Source of the DNA: Candidatus Woesearchaeota archaeon
GTDB lineage: Archaea; Nanobdellota; Nanobdellia; Woesearchaeales; JABIAG01
NCBI GenBank assembly: GCA_018653365.1
Contig: JABIAG010000002.1
Location: 1 to 64,000 of the forward strand
Direction of reading: 5' to 3'
Length of the DNA stretch: 64,000 nucleotides
The notes beneath the pieces are model-generated. The model saw nothing but the letters and a program-made list of their open reading frames with translations, was not told the origin of the DNA and did not search any database. This document shows positions 57,141-64,000 of the stretch, piece after piece. The position numbers and the translations under genes were made by a program. How positions within the stretch are numbered: the stretch's first letter is position 1; each line of letters opens with the position of its first letter.

Positions 57141-59689
57141 AAAATAGAATACTTGCATCACTAACCTTGGTTTTTGCACTTTTCGCAGTGTTTGCATTTT
57201 ATAATCAGGGGATTACGGGGTTTGTTGTTAATGTGGGGGCATGTAATTTTAATGCAGATAGTGTGGGAGAAACATACACTTTATCAGGAAACCTGGGAAC
57301 TTGCTCTGGGGAAAATGCAATTAATGTTTTAGCTAATAACATTATTGTTGATTGCAATGGTAATGAGATCATTGGAAATGGGGTGGCGGGGAGCGCAATG
57401 GGTATAAATGTGGGTGCTAGTCTGACGGGAATCACCCTCAAGAATTGCATAATTAAAGATTTTCTTTTTGGTATTTCAACTGCGGGTTCGGGGGTTTCTA
57501 TTGAAAACGTTCAGATTTATGATGATGATATGAGCTCTTGTTATACTGGAGGAAATCCCACTGAAGTTGGAGATCTTAATTACTGCGGTGCCGAAGCTGA
57601 TCTGCCGGTAACAGACAATGCTCCAACTATAACATCTTTAGATTTTCCTCCTGATGATGAAACTATTATTAATGTTCCTGTTGATTTTAATTTTACTGTT
57701 TGGGATGATTTTAATGTTTCTACCTGTGACTTGTGGTCGAACTTTAGCGGTACGTGGGAATTAAACTCTTCCATTGCTCCTGAGAATAATCACTCTGAAA
57801 CGTTTAATTTTACCCTATCGCCTTTGGATGGCGAATATATTTGGAATGTTAATTGTACTGATAATGCAACAACTCCTAATTCTGTTTGGTATGCTGCAGG
57901 TAATTATTCAGTAACTATCAACACAACTGATCCTCCTCCAACCATTACAGAATTAACTCATCCCTCTTCAACGTTTAGTGCGATTGCCGAACCTTTGGAT
58001 TTTAATTTCACTGTTCATGATAATTGGAATGTTTCAAATTGTTCTTTGTGGACAAATATTTCAACTGTTTGGGCTGAAACTGCGTTTAGAACTATTGGTA
58101 CTAATGTTTCTGCCACATATAATATTTCGTTGGTTGTTGGTGTGGGAGACTATATTTGGAATGTTAATTGTACTGATAATGCTTCTAATTCTTCGTGGTA
58201 TGTGTCTAATGCTTCAGTTGTTATTTCTGATCCTGCTCCAACATTAAGCTTATATTCTCCAAGTTCTGCTTCAACAGTTTCTGCAGTTCCTATGAATTTT
58301 ACGTTTAATGTTTCTGATAATTATAATGTTTCGAGTTGTTCTTTATTTGCTAATTTTAGTGGAGCTTGGAGTCAGAATGATTCTTTGGAAATTCAAAATA
58401 ACACTCAAGGTATTTACAACTTGACTCTTTCCCCGACTGATGGAATTTATTTGTGGGGTGTTAATTGTTCAGACAATGCATCTCAAACAACTTGGTCTGA
58501 TAATTATACTGTTACTGTCAATGCAGTGGATGATTATCCTACGGTGACTCTGGCTTCGCCAAGTAATGCAGCATCAATTACTGCATCGTCAACTACTTTG
58601 CAAATTACAACTTTGGATGATTATAATGTTACGGCTTGTACTTTGTGGACTAATTTTAATGGTTCTTGGGCAGCTAATGAAACCCTGAATGTTAGTGTTC
58701 CTGCTTCCACAACAACGTCATTTACTGTCTCTCCAGCATATGGTACTTATACTTGGAATGCTAATTGTACTGATAATGCTTCTCAGTCTTCTTGGGCAGC
58801 AGATAATTTCACATTTGCTTTACAACAAGCTACAACAACTAGTAATACTGGGGGAAGTAGTGGGGGGGGAAGCGATGACGATGATGAGGAAGAGGTTACT
58901 CCTGCTCTTGTCATTCCTGCTGTAGTTCCTGTTGAAGAAGAGGAAGAAGAAGTTGAAGAAGTCATTGAGGAAGTTGTTGAAGAAGAATTGTTTGCTCCGC
59001 CTGTTGAGGAAGAGGAAGCAGAAAAACAAGAATCAATATCAAATGCAAAAAGGTCAAAATCAGAGATAGTTGAGGTAGAGTGTGATCCTGCAGAGAGTAA
59101 TTGTGATGAATGGTTTGATAACTTAATAACAAAGATGGATCGTACTTTGGATAAGGTTGATTTGACAAAGAATGTGACTTTTGATAACGAAACTAATACT
59201 ACTAAAGTCGCGATTAGTATTGTTCCTGAAGAGGATCTTGAAGATTTCAGGTATTATCAAAGTATTCCGAAGTGTATGGCAATTTATGTTCACTTAGTTA
59301 AGTTTAAGAATACTGATTTCGAGGTATTAAAAGACGATCCTTTGATTGTTTGGAGTTTTGCAAATGTTCAAAAAGGTGAAGAATTAGATCTTGGTTTTGA
59401 GGTTATGGGTGACATTCCAGAGAATTGTTATGAATTCATTTCCGAACTTCTTTATGAAGAACAAGAAAAGTTTTCTGGTAAGCATATGTTTGGGTTGATC
59501 ACTGGTTTGTCAGTTCTTGGTTTGGTTGCTTTGGGTATTACGTATTCTTCTAAGTATTCACACCATTTAGTTGCTGCTAAGAATGTTGGAACTAAGTTCT
59601 TTAAGAAATCATCTAAGTCTGAGATAAAAGTACCTGCTAAGGTTGATAAAAAGATCGATATCATCAAAGAAAGGATGAAACAATTATAA
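57137..59689 (+). CDS. Surface glycoprotein with four Ig-like repeats and a C-terminal TM anchor
   Basis: ITGFVV N-terminus, beta-helix-like segment, four repeats ending Y.W..NC.DNA, dense NxS/T sequons, GGSSGGG plus acidic linker. Confidence 0.8.
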   Translation: MKNRILASLTLVFALFAVFAFYNQGITGFVVNVGACNFNADSVGETYTLSGNLGTCSGENAINVLANNIIVDCNGNEIIGNGVAGSAMGINVGASLTGITLKNCIIKDFLFGISTAGSGVSIENVQIYDDDMSSCYTGGNPTEVGDLNYCGAEADLPVTDNAPTITSLDFPPDDETIINVPVDFNFTVWDDFNVSTCDLWSNFSGTWELNSSIAPENNHSETFNFTLSPLDGEYIWNVNCTDNATTPNSVWYAAGNYSVTINTTDPPPTITELTHPSSTFSAIAEPLDFNFTVHDNWNVSNCSLWTNISTVWAETAFRTIGTNVSATYNISLVVGVGDYIWNVNCTDNASNSSWYVSNASVVISDPAPTLSLYSPSSASTVSAVPMNFTFNVSDNYNVSSCSLFANFSGAWSQNDSLEIQNNTQGIYNLTLSPTDGIYLWGVNCSDNASQTTWSDNYTVTVNAVDDYPTVTLASPSNAASITASSTTLQITTLDDYNVTACTLWTNFNGSWAANETLNVSVPASTTTSFTVSPAYGTYTWNANCTDNASQSSWAADNFTFALQQATTTSNTGGSSGGGSDDDDEEEVTPALVIPAVVPVEEEEEEVEEVIEEVVEEELFAPPVEEEEAEKQESISNAKRSKSEIVEVECDPAESNCDEWFDNLITKMDRTLDKVDLTKNVTFDNETNTTKVAISIVPEEDLEDFRYYQSIPKCMAIYVHLVKFKNTDFEVLKDDPLIVWSFANVQKGEELDLGFEVMGDIPENCYEFISELLYEEQEKFSGKHMFGLITGLSVLGLVALGITYSSKYSHHLVAAKNVGTKFFKKSSKSEIKVPAKVDKKIDIIKERMKQL

Positions 59690-59761
59690 GCCCTTGAAGA
59701 GATTTGAACTCTCGATCTTCTGCTTACGAGGCAGATGCATTAGCCGCTATGCTACAAGGGC
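59689..59761 (-). tRNA. tRNA-Thr(CGT)
   Basis: GCCCTTG..CAAGGGC T; TCTGC CT CGT AA GCAGA; TTCAAAT. Confidence 0.94.
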
Positions 59762-59814
59762 ACTAACTGTTCTACTTTCATAAACTATAAAAAGATTTCC
59801 TCCTAGACTTAAGT

Positions 59815-60561
59815 ATGGCTTCTATTGGATTGTGGAAAAAGGCGGCAAACATTGAGGGGGTGGGTTTACTTTCAACTACTGGTGTTTATTCCAAGATTAA
59901 AGGGATGGGTTTGAAAACAGTTCAATGGATTAAGTTTTCGCCAAGTTCTAAAAAAGATATTCTAAATATGAAAAAGCGGTGTTCAGAATTCATAACTAAA
60001 CATACCCCCTGTTTGTTTATTTGGGAGCCAAGACACACTGGTGAGAAAGGTTATATTATTGATGTGAATGAAATAAGTCAAGTTGTTGAGTCATTAGCTA
60101 GTTTGCCTGTTTTGGCTTATTCTTATTTGATCACTACACAAATATCTAATCCTAAAAAGGGATTCATTGGAAGTGTAATCTCTGATGGTAAAGGGAAGTT
60201 GTATTGCGAAACTTATCATGAACCAGGAATTTGTAGTCATCGTGTGTTAAGTCAGTCAAAAATAGATGAGAATAAATCAAGTTTTTTTGGTAGATTCTCA
60301 ACAGTAAATTTCGACCTATTTAATTTGGAAGGAAGTGTTTTATCTTCTGCTAATGTGAGAACTATATTGAATAATTATTCTGGTATGAAGGGCTATTTTG
60401 AGTTTGTTTACGGTGTCCATCTGGGAAATTGGGAGTTGTGTACAACTGGTTTTGAGAATTTGGGTTTTATCACCTTTCCCGAACACGTTGTAAGCGCAGC
60501 TTTAAGTAGTACAGGAAACCGTTGGCGTGCTGAAACATTAAGACATTATTCTGATTTCTGA
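59815..60561 (+). CDS. Hypothetical protein
   Basis: 248-aa ORF with an upstream TATA; no confident motif. Confidence 0.55.
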   Translation: MASIGLWKKAANIEGVGLLSTTGVYSKIKGMGLKTVQWIKFSPSSKKDILNMKKRCSEFITKHTPCLFIWEPRHTGEKGYIIDVNEISQVVESLASLPVLAYSYLITTQISNPKKGFIGSVISDGKGKLYCETYHEPGICSHRVLSQSKIDENKSSFFGRFSTVNFDLFNLEGSVLSSANVRTILNNYSGMKGYFEFVYGVHLGNWELCTTGFENLGFITFPEHVVSAALSSTGNRWRAETLRHYSDF

Positions 60562-60616
60562 CAAGGTGAACGTTAGAGAGCTTTTTCAGAAATCTCTGAT
60601 TTCTGACAGAGTGAAC
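60550..60616. repeat. 22-bp direct repeat spanning the stop codon (60550-60571 / 60595-60616) plus the palindrome TCAGAAATC-tct-GATTTCTGA
   Basis: tctgatttctgaca(ag/ga)gtgaac. Confidence 0.85.
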
Positions 60617-60817
60617 AAATAGCTTTTCCTTTAACAATCGTACCTTTGATTTTATTTAAGAATGTTTTTTCTATTTTTTTATTACATTTACTGCATTTCA
60701 TATTCTGTATAAATCTGGTTTGATATATAAAACTTACTCATAACAAAAACAATATTTTTGAACTTATCTGCAATAAGTACCAAAAAATATATAAGGCAAT
60801 TAATCCATTTTTTACTT

Positions 60818-61393
60818 ATGCCCGATCCAGACGTAGTTGCAGATATAAAAGTAGTTTATCAAGATCCTTTTCATTTTAAGAATTTGTACAAGCTTATTTT
60901 CCGTTTCTTATTGGATCATGGTTATTTGGATAAAAAGGTTTCTCCTGACACTAAAATGGAAATTTTGTATTCTGAACAGGTAAGATCTGGCGATGTGAAA
61001 GAGTATCATATTTGGTGGAGAACTAAGAAACAACCTAAAAATAGTTATTTTTTGTATAAGATTGATATTGATTATCTTGGATTGGGTGTTAAGAATACTG
61101 AGGTTTTACAAGGGGATAAAAAGCATAAAATGCAAATTGGCGAGATTACTATTCTGCTTAAGGGCACTTTAATGTTAGAAGCAAATGATTCTAAAGGTAA
61201 GTGGGAAACTGGTTTTTTAAGGTATTTTCGTAATTGGTTTAGAAATAAGTGGTATCATGCTAAGATTGAACAACATGAAGATGAATTGTATGAAGATGTT
61301 TACAAATTACAATCTTTTATTAAGGAATATCTTGAACTTAAACAGTTTGGTGTTTCTCCTGAGATTTTCTTTAAGAGAAAGGGTTTCGAATAA
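60818..61393 (+). CDS. Hypothetical protein
   Basis: Start at MPDPD, after the TATA box at about 60788, is preferred to 60758. Confidence 0.65.
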   Translation: MPDPDVVADIKVVYQDPFHFKNLYKLIFRFLLDHGYLDKKVSPDTKMEILYSEQVRSGDVKEYHIWWRTKKQPKNSYFLYKIDIDYLGLGVKNTEVLQGDKKHKMQIGEITILLKGTLMLEANDSKGKWETGFLRYFRNWFRNKWYHAKIEQHEDELYEDVYKLQSFIKEYLELKQFGVSPEIFFKRKGFE

Positions 61394-61430
61394 TAACTTT
61401 TATAAAGTAATTATCTCTCCCCGTTATTGT

Positions 61431-61516
61431 GCCCCCGTAGCATAGTAGCTATTGCGTTTGACTTGTACGTTTTCAAGGATATCAAAAGGTCGTGAGTGCA
61501 ACTCTCACCGGGGGCC
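61431..61516 (+). tRNA. tRNA-Thr(TGT) with a 13-nt canonical intron (61468-61480) and atypical D/T loops
   Basis: GCCCCCG/CGGGGGC; TTTGA/TCAAA; CTTG pairs with intron CAAG; T loop TGCAACT. Confidence 0.85.
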
Positions 61517-61576
61517 TTATTATAACTTGTTTTCAAGTTATGATATTCAAAAATCAGAGATTTTTGTTTTATTATC

Positions 61577-62470
61577 ATGAAACCTTTTTGTTTAGCGCCA
61601 ATGGCGGGAATTAATTCAACGGCTTTTAGACTTCTTTGTAAAGAGAACGGTGCAGATATAATCTATACTCAAATGTATGATGTTAACTTATTATGCACTA
61701 AGACAAAAGAAGAAGTTAAAAAATTGCTTAATATTAAAAAGGAAGAACATCCTGTTGTGATCCAATTAATTGGATCTAACCTGAAAAAGTTTCGACAAAC
61801 AATTCCGTTGGTGGAAGGTCTTGCAGAAGAGATTAATATTAATGTGGGCTGTATAGAAAAAAGGTATTTAGAACACGATTGTGGTGCAGCTTTGTTAAAA
61901 GATCCTGAAGAGTTGGGATATCTTGTTAAAAGAATTGTTGCATGTACTAAAAAACCAATCAGCGTAAAAATCAGAATTGGGTGGGATGGACAATCTCTTA
62001 ATGCAGTAAAAGTTTGTAATATTCTTGAAGATAATGGGGTTAAAAAGATCATTATTCATGGAAGAACGGCAATGCAGAAGTATGCGGGAAAATCTAATTG
62101 GACTATTATGAAACAGGTTAAAGAAAAATCATCCATTCCAATTATCGCTAATGGTGATGTTAAATCTTACCAGGATGGTCTGGACCTGTTAGAACGTACT
62201 GGTTGTGATGAGGTTATGGTGGGACGAGAAGCTAAATATGCGCCCTGGATTTTTAGTAACAAGCAACTAACAAAAGATGACATTATTAAACAAATCCTGA
62301 GATATATTGAACTTTACGAAACGTATGAAAATAGATGTTCCGTTAGTGAAGTTTACGATCAAGTTTTCAGAATGACGAGAGATATTGAAACTACAATAAA
62401 TAAAAGGGATGTTAAAGAATGCGCTTCCATTGCCGAGATCAAACAGTTTATTTCGGGGCTGAATTCTTAG
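61577..62470 (+). CDS. dus: tRNA-dihydrouridine synthase family protein
   Basis: LAPMAG, QLIG, NINVGC, GAALL, SVKIRIG, HGRT, IANGD, VMVGR. Confidence 0.9.
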   Translation: MKPFCLAPMAGINSTAFRLLCKENGADIIYTQMYDVNLLCTKTKEEVKKLLNIKKEEHPVVIQLIGSNLKKFRQTIPLVEGLAEEININVGCIEKRYLEHDCGAALLKDPEELGYLVKRIVACTKKPISVKIRIGWDGQSLNAVKVCNILEDNGVKKIIIHGRTAMQKYAGKSNWTIMKQVKEKSSIPIIANGDVKSYQDGLDLLERTGCDEVMVGREAKYAPWIFSNKQLTKDDIIKQILRYIELYETYENRCSVSEVYDQVFRMTRDIETTINKRDVKECASIAEIKQFISGLNS

Positions 62471-62515
62471 TGAAAAACAGAAAACAATTTAAATGGTTTA
62501 GTTATTGTTGGTTAA

Positions 62516-63070
62516 ATGAACAAACAAGCGATTATGGCATGGGTTGTAGCACTTATCTTTATTTCTAGTGCATTTGGTATGGTTGCTAGTAATATGACTT
62601 CCTCAAAAATAAGATACAACGATCACGTTATTAATGTTGGAGAAGATCGATATTTCTATGAAGTTGATGATGTAGAAGTTTCTTTTTATTCTTCGCCAGG
62701 TTCTGTTGAAAATGTGGTTCTTCCTGAAGACTTTGTTGGAGTTTTAAGAAATACTAAGATGATTTATATGACTGCTGAACTTAATGATACTTTGATTGAA
62801 CCTATCAGTGTTTTAATTTTTGATGTTAGTAAGTATGTTTTTGATACTGATTCAGTGTATGTTCAACCCGCTTTTACTACAAATGAGACTGAACTTCCTA
62901 AAATAACTTGTGAAGATGCGTCTTCTTCGGTTCCAGTAGTATACCTAAAGAAGGGATTAACGAGATCTGCAAGTTTTGTAGATAATTGTTTGAATATTAC
63001 GGTTGCATCTGCTTATGATGTTGCATCATATCGTGATAGATTATTATATGGTTTTTATGGGGTAATTTAA
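62516..63070 (+). CDS. Membrane-anchored hypothetical protein
   Basis: TM helix, YN.H, PKITC..A....PV, C-terminal DRLLYGFYGVI. Confidence 0.7.
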   Translation: MNKQAIMAWVVALIFISSAFGMVASNMTSSKIRYNDHVINVGEDRYFYEVDDVEVSFYSSPGSVENVVLPEDFVGVLRNTKMIYMTAELNDTLIEPISVLIFDVSKYVFDTDSVYVQPAFTTNETELPKITCEDASSSVPVVYLKKGLTRSASFVDNCLNITVASAYDVASYRDRLLYGFYGVI

Positions 63071-63071
63071 G

Positions 63072-63752
63072 ATGGAAGAACACGAAGTTAAAGATGTGGA
63101 AGAGCAAGAACTTGATAAAAGAAGCCAACGAAATATGATCTTTGTTATTGTTATTATTGCACTAGTGGTTATTGGCTTTATTGCGTTTAAAGCATTTCAC
63201 GAACCTGCACCTCAAACGGTTGATGATGTTTTTCAACAAGCTCTTGATGGCAAATTGGATGAGGATGTTGCATATAGTTACAATGGCTATGTTTTTGTTA
63301 ACATTATGGGTTCTTGGATGACGCGTATTCAGGTAGGAAATGAGATGATTGAAATTCCTTTACATTTCGGTCCAAGAGATTTAGAAAATAATATTAGTAT
63401 TATGGGTTCAGTTGATAACCGGTTTACTAGTAATCCTAACTTGTTTATTACTTTTGATCCTAACTCTACACAAATGAAGTATATTGCGTTGTCTGCTGCT
63501 GAACTGAGTTTAAGTCTGGCTAAAGGTATTAAGGTTAATCCTGTTGCGGCTTGTACCTCCAATGAAACAGCTTGTGAGGGTCGTCCAATTGTTACTTGTG
63601 ATTCAACTAACGCGCCAGTAATTTATATCAAGAAGGATAGTGATGCTATGATCGTTCAATCAGGTAATTGTGTTATTCTTTCAGGTAATGAGTGGGACCT
63701 GGTTAGAGTTGTTGATAGATTCTTATTGGCTTGGTATGGGATCATGCCTTAA
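63072..63752 (+). CDS. Membrane-anchored hypothetical protein, paralogous to 62516-63070
   Basis: TM helix, YNGY, PIVTC.....PVIYIK, DRFLLAWYGIM. Confidence 0.7.
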   Translation: MEEHEVKDVEEQELDKRSQRNMIFVIVIIALVVIGFIAFKAFHEPAPQTVDDVFQQALDGKLDEDVAYSYNGYVFVNIMGSWMTRIQVGNEMIEIPLHFGPRDLENNISIMGSVDNRFTSNPNLFITFDPNSTQMKYIALSAAELSLSLAKGIKVNPVAACTSNETACEGRPIVTCDSTNAPVIYIKKDSDAMIVQSGNCVILSGNEWDLVRVVDRFLLAWYGIMP

Positions 63753-64000
63753 ACTTCTTTTATTTTATTTTCTTCTGTTGTTACAATTCGCATACCTACT
63801 CCTAATTTTAACACTGCACTGATTATTGCCATGTGTTCAGTTCCAGTTCCAGAAATTAAATTGACTGCGACCTCTTCAAAGCTTAATTTATTTTTTAAAC
63901 TAGCGTGGATCTGATCTCTCATCTCGTTAACATTGCCTTTCACAACTATTAGCTCTGCTTTTTCATGTGTGAATTTTTCTTTTCCGAAATCATTTGTAAT
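63749..64000 (-). CDS. Hypothetical protein (5' truncated by the window edge)
   Basis: Frame is open to the window end (ITNDFGKEKF...); EVAVNLISGTGTEHMA. Confidence 0.65.
   Translation of the reverse strand: MTNDFGKEKFTHEKAELIVVKGNVNEMRDQIHASLKNKLSFEEVAVNLISGTGTEHMAIISAVLKLGVGMRIVTTEENKIKEV

Noticed and set aside
57590-58830. Repeats in the 850-aa protein as DGR template/variable regions
   Set aside because: They are diverged in-frame Ig-like domain repeats, the differences are not adenine-specific, and no reverse transcriptase is present.
60620-60800. AT-rich gap as a replication origin
   Set aside because: No ORB repeats or cdc6 nearby.
61257-61445. 62-aa ORF
   Set aside because: Out-of-frame overlap with a real CDS and with tRNA-Thr.

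Overview
AT-rich archaeal chromosome segment, most consistent with a DPANN archaeon such as Woesearchaeota. This assignment is inferred from archaeal TFB, eL15, Kae1, RFC-L, NucS, NurA, Rad50, SMC, the oapABC-type cluster, a 750-aa pilus ATPase with a fused platform protein, and many Cys-rich surface proteins. The window holds about 60 CDSs and five tRNAs (Tyr, Phe, His, two Thr). Four signals stand out. (1) tRNA-Phe has a bulge-helix-bulge (BHB) intron inside the acceptor stem (position 4/5) whose central helix needs the 5' leader, and tRNA-Tyr has both a 37/38 and a 59/60 intron. (2) The last 15-47 bp of several genes, including the stop codon, recur downstream and bracket either a compact orphan gene or a tiny hairpin element; several differences between copies are synonymous or stop-preserving, suggesting gene capture by 3'-end replacement. 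(3) A dispersed family of mini-hairpins with a tandem-GA / GAA-or-GTTA core sits inside those duplications and inside a tRNA intron. (4) A free-standing LAGLIDADG gene with a long structured leader lies beside tRNA-Phe, and a bacterial PVC-type DUF1559/H-X9-DG pseudopilin with a 127-aa leader sits behind an archaeal promoter. All calls come from reading motifs by eye; no database searches were run.
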